From Cyclobacteriaceae bacterium (GTDB lineage: Bacteria > Bacteroidota > Bacteroidia > Cytophagales > Cyclobacteriaceae), in the NCBI GenBank assembly GCA_044226825.1, contig JBGAGH010000003.1, positions 133,976-197,975 on the forward strand: a stretch of 64,000 nucleotides of DNA, written 5' to 3'. The notes below the pieces were generated by a model. That model ran no database searches. It had not been told where the DNA came from and worked only from the letters and a program-made list of their open reading frames with translations. This document shows positions 46,960 to 56,576 of this stretch, piece after piece; positions within the stretch are counted from its first letter, which is position 1; each line of letters opens with the position of its first letter. Made by a program: the position numbers and the translations under genes.

Positions 46960-48465
46960 ATGTCTGAAGCAACCACCTCCTCCTCACTCAAGCGAATAGG
47001 CTTTTTCCTTGGCCCGATTCTGTTTCTGGCCATCGTCATTTTCGCGAGTCCCGATTGGATTGCACCCGGCGCCACGAAGGTAATCGCGGTGGGAATTCTC
47101 ATGATCACTTGGTGGATAACAGAAGCAGTCCCCAACCCCGTGGCCGCACTCATCCCCCTCATTCTTTTTCCAGCACTGGGAATCATGAGCATGGGGGAAG
47201 CAGCCGCGCCGTTCGCCAATCCATCCATCTTCCTGTTCATGGGTGGTTTTATGATTGCGTTGGCACTGGAGAAGCATCGGCTGCACGAAAGAATTGCCAT
47301 TAACTTGATTCGACTAACCGGCACGTCGGGCAACGGGATCATCCTTGGCTTCACCTTGGCGAGCGGGTTGATCAGTATGTGGATTAGCAATACCGCGACC
47401 GCTTTGATGATGTTACCCATCGGTGTATCCGTCATTGAATTACTCCGTAGGAAGGATAGTCCGGAGGGACAAGATCTCAGCAAAGGTGAAAAGAACTTCG
47501 CTTTGGGGCTCATGCTGAGCATCGGATATGCGGCGAGCCTGGGCGGGATGGCCACGATCATCGGAACACCTCCCAACGTCGTATTCGCCGGCTTCGCAAA
47601 ACAATTCTACAATCAAGACATTTCCTTCTTCAGGTGGATGGTCATTGGCGTGCCGCTCTCGTTGATCACGTTGTTTGCATGTTACTGGATGATCACTCGG
47701 TGGCTGTTTCCCAATAATATTAAGTCCGTCGCCGGTTCAGAGAAACTTATCACCGATAAGCTCGCGGAGCTCGGCCCCATGCGAAAGGAGGAAAAGCTTA
47801 CCCTAGCGGTCTTCGGGCTTACGTCATTCTTCTGGATTTTTCAGCAGGGATTGAACGCCGTCATTGGCGATGTTTTTTTTGACGGCACATCGAAGGAAAT
47901 TTTCAACGACACCAACGTCGCCGTCACCGGGGGTGTGTTAATGTTCCTCGTTCCAATTCAATTTAAGAACGACAAGTTCCTCCTCACGTGGGACGACACG
48001 AAGAAGTTGCCCTGGGGCATTCTAATTCTTTTTGGCGGTGGTATCTGCTTGGCGAAAGGGATGGAGTCTACAGGCATCATCAAAGCCATCGGCGAATCGA
48101 TTCGCGACCGTCAGGATATTTCAATTTGGGAAATGATGTTTCTCTTGACGCTGGCATCCGTCGTGTTGACGGAGTTCATGAGTAATGTGGCGTTGGTGAC
48201 CATCTTTGTGCCGGTTGTCTTTGGTATCGCGGAGGGCCTTGGATTCGACCCTTACGTGTTGGCGCTACCCGTTACCTTTGCCGCCAGTTGCGCTTTCATG
48301 TTTCCGATTTCGACACCACCCAACGCGATCGTGTTTTCAAGCGGTCACATCCGAATGAAAGACATGATTCGCGCCGGGTTGATCTTAGACATCATGTGCC
48401 TGATCATCATTTTCTTGCTGTCGGCACTGTTCTTCTCGAATTTCCAACTCGTGGTTGGCAACTAG
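46960..48465 (+). CDS. SLC13/DASS family anion permease
   Basis: WWITEAVP, SMWISNTAT, IGTPPN, EFMSN, PISTPPNAIV. Confidence 0.93.
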   Translation: MSEATTSSSLKRIGFFLGPILFLAIVIFASPDWIAPGATKVIAVGILMITWWITEAVPNPVAALIPLILFPALGIMSMGEAAAPFANPSIFLFMGGFMIALALEKHRLHERIAINLIRLTGTSGNGIILGFTLASGLISMWISNTATALMMLPIGVSVIELLRRKDSPEGQDLSKGEKNFALGLMLSIGYAASLGGMATIIGTPPNVVFAGFAKQFYNQDISFFRWMVIGVPLSLITLFACYWMITRWLFPNNIKSVAGSEKLITDKLAELGPMRKEEKLTLAVFGLTSFFWIFQQGLNAVIGDVFFDGTSKEIFNDTNVAVTGGVLMFLVPIQFKNDKFLLTWDDTKKLPWGILILFGGGICLAKGMESTGIIKAIGESIRDRQDISIWEMMFLLTLASVVLTEFMSNVALVTIFVPVVFGIAEGLGFDPYVLALPVTFAASCAFMFPISTPPNAIVFSSGHIRMKDMIRAGLILDIMCLIIIFLLSALFFSNFQLVVGN

Positions 48466-48470
48466 GTGGC

Positions 48471-48806
48471 TTAACCTTTCGCTGCTTTGCGCTCCTCGAT
48501 GAGGTACGCCAACAGCAATCCTAGCCCACCGAAAACGAACAGCATCGAGAAGTATCCCACCTCGTCCATGCGGTAGGCTTCATCCAGCATGTAGCCCACC
48601 AACAATCCGATCCCTGCTCCAATAAATAACAGCGCCCATCGAAGTACCGGCGAAGAAGGTCGCTCTCTTTTGAATAGGTCTGGACTCAGCCCTTTTTCAA
48701 TAATGGCCATCCTTTCGAGGTTTTCAAACTTGCGGATATAGACAACCATGACAAAAGCTCCCAAGCTGATGATGATGGGCAATAAGACTCCAAGTACGCC
48801 TTCCAT
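48471..48806 (-). CDS. Small membrane protein (DUF6249-like), divergent from the ECF sigma gene
   Basis: Likely start is ATG 48806; TM, ERMAIIEKG, then two TMs. Confidence 0.75.
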   Translation of the reverse strand: MEGVLGVLLPIIISLGAFVMVVYIRKFENLERMAIIEKGLSPDLFKRERPSSPVLRWALLFIGAGIGLLVGYMLDEAYRMDEVGYFSMLFVFGGLGLLLAYLIEERKAAKG

Positions 48807-48827
48807 TTTTTTCTGGTTTGTTTCTGC

Positions 48828-48863
48828 CGCTTTGACGCCGGGGGTAGGCCCGGTGGTTACAGG
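48828..48863 (-). promoter_or_regulatory. Putative ECF promoter for the DUF6249-like gene
   Basis: Minus strand CCTGTAAC-N17-GCGTCAAAGCG. Confidence 0.65.
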
Positions 48864-48910
48864 TGTCTCGAAAATATCAATAAAAAAACCTGTAACGAAC
48901 CCCTTTGTAT

Positions 48911-48945
48911 CCTGTAACTTAAGGACGCTACCTAGCGTCAAAGCG
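48911..48945 (+). promoter_or_regulatory. Putative autoregulatory ECF promoter
   Basis: CCTGTAAC-N16-GCGTCAAAGCG just before the GTG start of the sigma gene. Confidence 0.65.
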
Positions 48946-48948
48946 ACC

Positions 48949-49509
48949 GTGATCACCCTGGAGGAAGAAAATCGGCTAATCGACCGCATTTTGGCGGGCG
49001 AAGAACGGTGCTATGCCGAGCTGGTAGATGAATACAAGTCGTATGCTTATACGATTGCCCTCAAGGTGGTTGCCAACAAGGCCGACGCCGAGGAGGTCGC
49101 GCAAGACGCCTTTATCAAGGCATTTCACTATTTAAAGAACTTCAATCGACAGGCCCGGTTCAGTACTTGGTTGTACCGAATCGCTTTCAACACGGCGATC
49201 AGTCGGAAGCGCAAGACCCGGGTATCGATGGAAAGTCTAGAGCACCAGCAGGTCGCAAACCCCGATTCTGCCGATGTGCACATGGAGCGCGATGACAAGC
49301 AGGTGTTCTTAACGCGCGCACTCGGTCGACTGAACGACGCGGATCAACTGGCTATCCAGTTGTTCTACATGAAAGAGTTTTCACTGGAGGAGGTTGCAGA
49401 TATGATGGGTCAAAATGCCAATACAATCAAGGTTCGCATCCACCGGGCGCGCCAACGGTTGGCCGAAGAATTAAGGAGCATGTTAAAGTCAGAAGCATTA
49501 ACTTTATAA
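48949..49509 (+). CDS. ECF RNA polymerase sigma factor
   Basis: DAEEVAQDAFIKAF, FSTWLYRIAFN, YMKEFSLEEVA...TIKVRIHRAR; likely GTG start at 48949. Confidence 0.93.
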   Translation: MITLEEENRLIDRILAGEERCYAELVDEYKSYAYTIALKVVANKADAEEVAQDAFIKAFHYLKNFNRQARFSTWLYRIAFNTAISRKRKTRVSMESLEHQQVANPDSADVHMERDDKQVFLTRALGRLNDADQLAIQLFYMKEFSLEEVADMMGQNANTIKVRIHRARQRLAEELRSMLKSEALTL

Positions 49510-49511
49510 GT

Positions 49512-49928
49512 ATGGAACCAAAAGGAGACTTCGACAAGGAAGAGCGATGGGTCGACGAGGCGCTTAAGCGTGGAAAGCTCGAGTCGCCCTCATCCAACTT
49601 CACCCACCGCGTGATGGTAAACCTTCACAAGGTGCCGGTCGCTTCGGGTTTGTCGCCCAAAAATGGGTTGCTGCTTTTGTTTGGAACCATCCTGGCGGTC
49701 ACGGTCCTCACCTTCCTCATCGCTGGGGGCGCATTCGACGGCATGAACGGGACGCTCTCATTGGAGCCTGTGCAGACCTTACCCGTCGACAAGCGCATTC
49801 CGACCTCGTTTAGCCTGAACGGAAAATGGATCATGAATGGATTGATCCTCGTCAACATTGTGTTGGCGTTCGTGCTCCTCGATCGGACGATTTTGAAACC
49901 TTATTTCGCCCAGCGCCGAAACGCCTAG
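49512..49928 (+). CDS. Putative membrane anti-sigma factor
   Basis: Directly follows the sigma gene; PSSNFTHRVM N-terminal region plus two TMs. Confidence 0.7.
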   Translation: MEPKGDFDKEERWVDEALKRGKLESPSSNFTHRVMVNLHKVPVASGLSPKNGLLLLFGTILAVTVLTFLIAGGAFDGMNGTLSLEPVQTLPVDKRIPTSFSLNGKWIMNGLILVNIVLAFVLLDRTILKPYFAQRRNA

Positions 49929-49946
49929 CGACTCGACATAAAAGCA

Positions 49947-49996
49947 TCAGGGCCGCATTCGAAGTTTCTACTTTCGAGATGCGGCCCTGAATTTTT
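49947..49996. terminator. Long hairpin between convergent genes (probable terminator)
   Basis: TCAGGGCCGCAT...ATGCGGCCCTGA 12-bp outer stem, inner TCGAA(A)G pairing, then ATTTTT. Confidence 0.7.
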
Positions 49997-50016
49997 GGGG
50001 GTTGTCCGGCACTAGG

Positions 50017-50598
50017 CTACGTAGCCCACGTTTTTCCAACTTCGGCGAGCGGTAGGCAACCATGGTAGGCTCCGGGTACTGCTTGATACTGGAGTACTTG
50101 GGTAGCACCCGGTTCTGATGAAAAGAATCCCACGACAGTGAGTTCCTTCATCGTCGAGATAAAGGGACGGGGCTTGTCTTTCAACTCGCCCTTCTTAGCC
50201 GCTTCGATGGCTTCGTTGTGCACCTTGGTCACATACTCGACTTGTTTGGCTGCGTCGAGGTCTAGGAAAGCGCTTCCCATGGTCGATTGGGCGCCAGCGT
50301 CGAAGTCGGCGAGACCCTTCAAGAAATTATCTTGATCTTCTTTCGTGTAGCAGTCTTTCACCAGCAAATCGATGAACCCTGGCACACCAGCATCCTTGGC
50401 ACCGGGAGTATCGGTTTTGGGGATGATGATTTCCGCAACCTCGGCCACGAGTGTCGCTTGGTCGGGTGTGAGAAAAACCGGCTGGAAAGCCAACTCAGGC
50501 TTTGCCTTGCAGCCGTTCAAAACAGCGGCAATGGTTGGCGCAGAGATCGTGTACCCGAGTACCCAGGCAGCACGTTGTAATGCATCTCTTCTATTCAT
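50017..50598 (-). CDS. Gluconate 2-dehydrogenase subunit 3 family protein (Tat signal)
   Basis: MNRRDALQR; IIPKTDTPGAKDAGVPGFID; GFFSSEPGAT. Confidence 0.92.
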   Translation of the reverse strand: MNRRDALQRAAWVLGYTISAPTIAAVLNGCKAKPELAFQPVFLTPDQATLVAEVAEIIIPKTDTPGAKDAGVPGFIDLLVKDCYTKEDQDNFLKGLADFDAGAQSTMGSAFLDLDAAKQVEYVTKVHNEAIEAAKKGELKDKPRPFISTMKELTVVGFFSSEPGATQVLQYQAVPGAYHGCLPLAEVGKTWAT

Positions 50599-50604
50599 GT
50601 TCGT

Positions 50605-52326
50605 CTAGATGTTTTGTTTTTTGAGTTCCTCAACGGCGAAGGCAGCTGCACGAGCTGTGAATGCCATGTAGGTCAACGAAGGGTTTACGCAAGCCGCAGA
50701 GGTCATAAACGAACCATCGGTTACGAACACGTTTTTAGCTGCGTGAACTTGGTTATACTTATTCAGCACCGAAGTCTTGGGATCTTTACCCATGCGGGCC
50801 GTTCCCATTTCATGGATGCCGAGGCCGACGGCGCGTTGTTGTTCGCGGTCGTAAGACTTCACGTTCTTGAAACCAGCGGCTTCCAACATTTCGGCAGCAT
50901 CATTGGCCATGTCCACGCGCATCTTCAACTCGTTTTCTTTCAATTCAGTATCAAACAACAGTGTTGGAAGACCAAACTTGTCCTTTAGGTCTTTGTTGAT
51001 CACCACTGAGTTGTCGTGATAAGGCAGAATTTCGCCGAATCCGCCGAGGCCGAGGCTCCATTTGCCCGGTGTTGTGACTTCGTCTTTCAGGCTGGCGCCG
51101 ATGCTCATTTCCGCGATCATGCGCTGCCACCCTTGACGGCTCGCGCCACCCTGGTAGCCAAATCCGCGCAGATAGTCGCGTTTGTCCTTACCAATGTTTC
51201 GGAAACGTGGGATGTACAAGCCGTTGGCGCGGCGTCCCGAGTAGTATTGGTCTTGGAAGCCCTCGAACTCACCGGAAGCTCCTACACCGAGATGGTGGTC
51301 CATGATGTTGTGTCCGAGCTCGCCGCTGTCGTTACCGAATCCATTCGGGAAACGGTTCGACACGGAGTTCAGCATGATATAGGTTGAACCCATCGTAGAC
51401 GCGCATAAGAACACAACCTTGGCGTAGAATTCAATTTGTTCGCCCGTTTCGGCGTCGAGCACTTTAACACCAGTCGCTTTTGACTTTTGTTCGTCGTAAA
51501 TCAATTCGTACACGATCGAATTGGGACGGAGTGTCATGTTGCCGGTTGCGGCGGCGGCGGGTAATGTCGACGAGTTGGCGCTGAAATAGGCACCGAACGG
51601 ACAGCCGCGGCTACATAGGTTGCGGTACTGGCAGGAATTGCGTTGGGGACTCTTGTCGTGTTCAAGTTTGCCGGTGATGTGCGCCACGCGACCGATCGTA
51701 ATAGTACGGTCGAGTTTATCTTTCACCGCCTTAACGAAGTCTTTCTCGACGCAGTTCATCTCCATCGGAGGCTGAAACTTGCTGTCGGGAAGTTGGGGTA
51801 GGTTTTCTACCTGACCACTCACGCCGATGAATGATTCGACGTATTCATACCATGGTGCGATATCCGCGTACCGAACGGGCCAGTCTATCGCGATGCCGTC
51901 TTTCGCATTGGCTCCAAAGTCGAGGTCGCTCCAACGATAGCTTTGGCGTCCCCACATGATGGAACGACCGCCTACGTGGTAGCCACGCATCCAATCGAAT
52001 CGTTTTCCTTCTTTTTCGGAATAGGGGTTTTCCAAGTCGTTGACAAACCAATGTTTGGTCGACTGGTGTACCGTGTAGCCTGTGCGCGCCTGCTTAAATT
52101 GGTTCTTCAGGTCTTCTTGAGAAGGGCGTCCGCCGTTCGGAAATTGCCAAGGGTCTTTTGTTGCCGTGGGATAGTTGGGATGCTGCACATCTCTACCCCG
52201 CTCCAACACGAGGGTTTTCAAGCCCCGCTCTGTCAATTCTTTCGCAGCCCAACCACCGCTGATACCGGTCCCAACGACGATCGCATCGTAGGTGTTCTGC
52301 TGCTGCGCTTTAATGTTAAGATTCAT
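50605..52326 (-). CDS. GMC-family FAD oxidoreductase (sugar/glycoside dehydrogenase large subunit)
   Basis: VVGTGISGGWAAKEL FAD motif, GGRSIMWG, C-x5-C-x3-C, IHEMGTARMG, VNPSLT. Confidence 0.93.
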   Translation of the reverse strand: MNLNIKAQQQNTYDAIVVGTGISGGWAAKELTERGLKTLVLERGRDVQHPNYPTATKDPWQFPNGGRPSQEDLKNQFKQARTGYTVHQSTKHWFVNDLENPYSEKEGKRFDWMRGYHVGGRSIMWGRQSYRWSDLDFGANAKDGIAIDWPVRYADIAPWYEYVESFIGVSGQVENLPQLPDSKFQPPMEMNCVEKDFVKAVKDKLDRTITIGRVAHITGKLEHDKSPQRNSCQYRNLCSRGCPFGAYFSANSSTLPAAAATGNMTLRPNSIVYELIYDEQKSKATGVKVLDAETGEQIEFYAKVVFLCASTMGSTYIMLNSVSNRFPNGFGNDSGELGHNIMDHHLGVGASGEFEGFQDQYYSGRRANGLYIPRFRNIGKDKRDYLRGFGYQGGASRQGWQRMIAEMSIGASLKDEVTTPGKWSLGLGGFGEILPYHDNSVVINKDLKDKFGLPTLLFDTELKENELKMRVDMANDAAEMLEAAGFKNVKSYDREQQRAVGLGIHEMGTARMGKDPKTSVLNKYNQVHAAKNVFVTDGSFMTSAACVNPSLTYMAFTARAAAFAVEELKKQNI

Positions 52327-52442
52327 GATTGGACAAGATTTTAGGTTTCAAAAGTTACTGCTTTTGACCAATTCTCCATGTCCTGACTTGATAATTGTGT
52401 GGAATATTTTGTTAAACGGCAGCCCGAGGTAGGAACAAAAAC

Positions 52443-52470
52443 AAAAAGCCCCTCTCGACGGAAAGGGGCA
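52443..52470 (-). terminator. Intrinsic terminator of the sigma/DUF4097 operon
   Basis: Minus strand GCCCCT...AGGGGC followed by TTTTT. Confidence 0.75.
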
Positions 52471-52494
52471 TTCTTGTGTAGTTGGTCCATCCAG

Positions 52495-53298
52495 TTATTT
52501 CTTCCGAATGAGGATATCGCCGTTGTAGTTGCGCATGATGAACTCCGGACCTCCACCATTGATGGTTCCGCGTACCCAATCGTCGACGGTGACCCGGTAG
52601 GTTCCACCCTTTGTGTCTGTTTTCTGAACGGGACCACTTTTTATCGTGGTGACATCGAAGTCGGTACGAATATCTCCCTGTTGGGTCTTCATTTTGAGGT
52701 TGGCCTTTAGGGCGGCTGGAAAAGTCAGGTCCACATCGCCGTTGTAGGTCACGAACGACATGGGCGCACCCTCGGTCACTTTGTCGAAAGTCGCTTTGAT
52801 TTCGCCGTTGTAGGTAGTCGCCACCAACGAACCGGAGATATTCTCGGCCCGTATTTCTCCGTTGTAGTTCGTCAATTCGATTTCTCCTTGGATGTTGGCG
52901 ATGTCAATGTCGCCGTCGTTGTAGGTATGGAGTGTCATGTCGATACCTGCGGGGACTTCCACCGTGAGGTTAACCTTGTTATTCCAGGAATCGGATTGCA
53001 CTTTCACGTAGTTCGAGTTTTCCGACACATCCAAGTTGAGTGTTCCGCCACCAATTCGACGAAGTCCACTTCGGTCCACTTTTCCATTATCGCGGTCTGT
53101 CGCCGCGGAATACTTTACCAGTATATCTTTCCTTGAGGTGCCCCGAACTGAAATGGAGCCGTAGTTGATGTGCACCTTCAACTTCGCGCGCTTATTCGGG
53201 TCGCTCAACGGCACGGGAATCTCGCCCGTCTCCTGCGCCCAACTCGTTGCGGCGGTGAATACAATTATTGCTGCGGTGATGTATTTTGCTAGTTTCAT
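52495..53298 (-). CDS. DUF4097 beta-strand repeat protein
   Basis: Signal peptide; repeated TYNGxI/TYNGDV units. Confidence 0.85.
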   Translation of the reverse strand: MKLAKYITAAIIVFTAATSWAQETGEIPVPLSDPNKRAKLKVHINYGSISVRGTSRKDILVKYSAATDRDNGKVDRSGLRRIGGGTLNLDVSENSNYVKVQSDSWNNKVNLTVEVPAGIDMTLHTYNDGDIDIANIQGEIELTNYNGEIRAENISGSLVATTYNGEIKATFDKVTEGAPMSFVTYNGDVDLTFPAALKANLKMKTQQGDIRTDFDVTTIKSGPVQKTDTKGGTYRVTVDDWVRGTINGGGPEFIMRNYNGDILIRKK

Positions 53299-53301
53299 TT
53301 C

Positions 53302-53424
53302 TTTAAATCGTTAAATCGTTACTCATTCTTTCGTTACTCATCCCCTCATCCTATCGTCCTATCATCATTTCGTCCTATCATCATTTCGTCCCCTCGTCCA
53401 CTCGTCCTTTCGTCCTTTCGTCCC
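53302..53424. repeat. Degenerate 7/8-mer tandem repeat (TCCYHTCR)
   Basis: tcccctca tcctatcg tcctatca tcatttcg tcctatca tcatttcg tcccctcg tccactcg tcctttcg tcctttcg. Confidence 0.9.
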
Positions 53425-54306
53425 CTACTTCTCTTTTATATACGCGTTCCCATTAAAGGTCTCAAAGTCCAAAAACACGCCCCCTTGTCCAATCTTGTAT
53501 CGAGCGCCCCCGACTTTGTAGGCGAGTCCTTTGTTGCTGCTTTGCTTGCGCACGACGGCAGGCATTGACTCGAGACGGTCCACGTTGGTGAACAGGTTTC
53601 CGTTGAAGCTTTCGAACGCGACATCGGCAGTCAGTCCTTTCACGAAGAGCACGTTTACATCTCCGTTGAGTGAATAGTATCGGCAGTCTTGGGTAGGGTT
53701 CCTTGTGTAGTCGACATCGACGTCTCCATTGATGGTCGAGGCATAGGTGCTCGGTCCGGATAGGTTATCGAGTCGGATACTGCCGTTGACATTTTCGGCA
53801 GCGGCGCGTCCGACCAGGCTTCGAACTTCCACGTTTCCGTTGTTCACCGTGGAGGCGACTACATTGACGCCTTGGGGCACCTTGATAGTGAAGTCCATCT
53901 CCCATTCGTAGTCTTTGTTACAATCGCCGCCGTTGCAGTTCCAATCGTATCCCCAACCACCATGGCGATTTCCTTGACCGCGGTTTTTCAACTTACCGAA
54001 GTTGTTGCAGTAACCTTGGACGTATAAGATGATGGTGTCGGCGCGGTCAATGACACCGAGTTGGATCTCCTTTTTACCAAGTTCGAGACGGGCTTCAGTT
54101 TTTCCGTAGATCTGGCGGTTTACTTCAACTTGGACTTTGTCGCCAGTGTATCCTTCCACCCGCACATGTCCATTGATGTTGAGGACCATCAGTGTGGCTG
54201 CATCCTTTTTCTCGAATGCCAGTTCCCGGGTGATCACATCTTTGAAGGACTGGGCCCAAAGAATCGAGGGTACGAGCGTAATCAGTATGATCAATAGCTT
54301 TTTCAT
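53425..54306 (-). CDS. DUF4097 beta-strand repeat protein
   Basis: Signal peptide; STVNNG, ENVNG, STINGDV, YSLNGDV, ETFNG repeats. Confidence 0.85.
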   Translation of the reverse strand: MKKLLIILITLVPSILWAQSFKDVITRELAFEKKDAATLMVLNINGHVRVEGYTGDKVQVEVNRQIYGKTEARLELGKKEIQLGVIDRADTIILYVQGYCNNFGKLKNRGQGNRHGGWGYDWNCNGGDCNKDYEWEMDFTIKVPQGVNVVASTVNNGNVEVRSLVGRAAAENVNGSIRLDNLSGPSTYASTINGDVDVDYTRNPTQDCRYYSLNGDVNVLFVKGLTADVAFESFNGNLFTNVDRLESMPAVVRKQSSNKGLAYKVGGARYKIGQGGVFLDFETFNGNAYIKEK

Positions 54307-54316
54307 GATTTTTCGT

Positions 54317-55093
54317 CTAGATCAACACGTTAATGTTTTCTTTGATTTTTGTTTTCACCTCTTCGGGTGTCTTGTCACTTTTCAAAATCGAATCGAATTC
54401 CTTCACCGATTTCTTTAGTTGAAGGGCTCCCATCAACTCGGCCAAGGCGACTTGAACCAATGGCGATTCCTGTTGCGCGATGGAGCGAATGAGCCCTTCA
54501 CGAACTTTACCATCTTTCGAATACATCTTCAGGGCTTCGAGGGCTGCCAGTCGCACGTTGACGCTTTCATCTTGATTCAATGTCTCGAAGAGTGCTTCGG
54601 TTACTTTCCTGCTGGCCCGGTCCATCTCGCTCGTCAAACTCACTGCCTTCAAGCGATCGGTTGCCGATTCTTTCTGAAGCATCGACAGCATCATGGCTTC
54701 CTTCAACTCCGAAACCTCTTGCGACAGCATTTGAACTTCGGATTTGTCGCTCCCGCGCATCAGGTAACCCGACGCGAAGCCTGCAGCGATCAACACCACA
54801 GAGAATGCCAACCTCGGTGCTAACCATTGCCACGAAGGGAGTGTGAACGTGAACGATTGGCGAGGTGCCTGCTTTTCTTTCGACAACATGTGATAGAATT
54901 GGTCGTCCAGTCGCAGGGATGGAGACGGATCTTGGATAGCAACCAGACGCTCTTCCAACATATCGAGGTGACGAAGTTGTGTGAGGTCTACCCGACCCTC
55001 TTCGATCAGTCGCTCCAATTGCTGTACTTCCGACGGGTCGGCAAGACCTTCGTTGTACTTCGCAATCAAATCATCGATTTTATTTTGTTCCAT
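54317..55093 (-). CDS. Anti-sigma factor-like protein with TM and HEAT repeats
   Basis: Follows the ECF sigma; one TM; SATDRLKAV, NVRLAALEAL, PLVQVALAELM. Confidence 0.82.
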   Translation of the reverse strand: MEQNKIDDLIAKYNEGLADPSEVQQLERLIEEGRVDLTQLRHLDMLEERLVAIQDPSPSLRLDDQFYHMLSKEKQAPRQSFTFTLPSWQWLAPRLAFSVVLIAAGFASGYLMRGSDKSEVQMLSQEVSELKEAMMLSMLQKESATDRLKAVSLTSEMDRASRKVTEALFETLNQDESVNVRLAALEALKMYSKDGKVREGLIRSIAQQESPLVQVALAELMGALQLKKSVKEFDSILKSDKTPEEVKTKIKENINVLI

Positions 55094-55111
55094 ATTGCCA
55101 ATCGTTTTGGG

Positions 55112-55666
55112 TCACATTGTTTTTTCAAGTTGTTGGTAGATCACCTTGAGTTCTTGCAGTGCACGAAACACTTTCACTTTTACGGCACCTTCGGAACAGC
55201 CTAGGATTTCACCAATTTCCTTGTACTTCTTTTCTTGGTACTTGCTGAGAAGTAGGATCTCCCTCTTGTCGGCGGGAAGTTTATCCATGGCGATCTGCAG
55301 CATCGTGTTCTTCTCGGCATGCTCCATTTCTTCGGAGCGATTCTCAACGTGAGCCAACCGGTTTTGCCATTGGTCGACCGGCTCCTTCCACTTCAGTTTG
55401 TCTTTGCGGAAATGGTCATGACTTACATTTCTCGCGATGTGAAACATCCATGTTCGGAAGTCGCCCTCTCCGCGAAAGAGGTGACGGTACTTGAGAATTC
55501 GGAAGAACGTGTTTTGGACCAGGTCTTCGCTTAGGTCTTGGTCACGATTCATCCCATAGAAAAACCCGTACAGTGGCCTTTTGTAGCGCTCGAAAAGTAG
55601 TCCCAGGCGTCCCACGTCGCCATCGCGGACTGCCATCATGAGGGAGTTGTCTGAAAGTGCCTCCAA
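55112..55666 (-). CDS. ECF RNA polymerase sigma factor
   Basis: SEDLVQNTF, FRTWMFHIARN, KKYKEIGEILGCSEGAVKVKVFRA; TTG start. Confidence 0.94.
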   Translation of the reverse strand: MEALSDNSLMMAVRDGDVGRLGLLFERYKRPLYGFFYGMNRDQDLSEDLVQNTFFRILKYRHLFRGEGDFRTWMFHIARNVSHDHFRKDKLKWKEPVDQWQNRLAHVENRSEEMEHAEKNTMLQIAMDKLPADKREILLLSKYQEKKYKEIGEILGCSEGAVKVKVFRALQELKVIYQQLEKTM

Positions 55667-55695
55667 AGCCTGAAAATCGGTTTTTCGTGTAGGGG

Positions 55696-55721
55696 AACTC
55701 GGTCCTTTCGGGATCGTTACA
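55696..55721 (-). promoter_or_regulatory. Putative autoregulatory ECF promoter
   Basis: Minus strand TGTAAC-N17-GTT, ending about 30 nt before the sigma start codon. Confidence 0.45.
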
Positions 55722-55781
55722 GAAATAAAGAAAATTTCTGAATATTGGAGTTCCGTCGTCTATGCGCGGAAATCGCTCCTG

Positions 55782-56576
55782 ATGAAAAATTCGCTATTCA
55801 TTTTTCTCCTAATCAATGCGTTTGCATGTGCGGAAGCACAACAAGGGACGCTGATGTGGTCCGACGAATTCGACAAGGCGGGCGCCCCAGATCCAACCAA
55901 ATGGGGTTACGACCTCGGCGACGGTTGCCCAAACGTGTGTGGATGGGGAAACAACGAGCTTCAATATTATACCAACGATTCGAAGAACGTACGTGTAGAA
56001 AACGGCAACTTGGTGATCGAAGCTAGGAAAGAATCGATGGGTGGGAAAACCTATACGTCTACCCGGCTTGTATCCAAGACGAAGGGCGATTGGTTGTACG
56101 GTCGCATAGAAGTGCGGGCGAAACTTCCGAAAGGCAAGGGGACGTGGCCGGCGATCTGGATGCTGTCGACCGATTGGAAATACGGTGGATGGCCCGAGAG
56201 CGGCGAGATAGACATCATGGAACACGTAGGTTATGACCCGGGCGTTATCCATGGCACACTTCACTCCGGTAAGTACAATCACTTAAAGGGCACACAACAA
56301 GAAGGAAAGATTACTGTAACCGATGCGCAGGAACAGTTTCATGTGTACGCGGTCGACTGGACGAAAGACCAAGTCGATTTCTATGTAGATGACAAAAAGT
56401 ATCACTCCGTCACCCGGAATCCGTCCGACGATTTCAACGGCTGGCCCTTCGACCAAAGATTCCATCTCATCTTAAACGTCGCCGTCGGTGGCAACTGGGG
56501 TGGCAAAGAAGGCGTCGATGAATCCATCTGGCCCCAAAAAATGGAAGTCGACTACGTGCGCGTGTGGAAACGCTAA
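55782..56576 (+). CDS. Glycoside hydrolase family 16 (laminarinase-like)
   Basis: Signal peptide; WSDEFD, GWGNNELQYY, WPAIWML, GEIDIME catalytic motif. Confidence 0.95.
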   Translation: MKNSLFIFLLINAFACAEAQQGTLMWSDEFDKAGAPDPTKWGYDLGDGCPNVCGWGNNELQYYTNDSKNVRVENGNLVIEARKESMGGKTYTSTRLVSKTKGDWLYGRIEVRAKLPKGKGTWPAIWMLSTDWKYGGWPESGEIDIMEHVGYDPGVIHGTLHSGKYNHLKGTQQEGKITVTDAQEQFHVYAVDWTKDQVDFYVDDKKYHSVTRNPSDDFNGWPFDQRFHLILNVAVGGNWGGKEGVDESIWPQKMEVDYVRVWKR

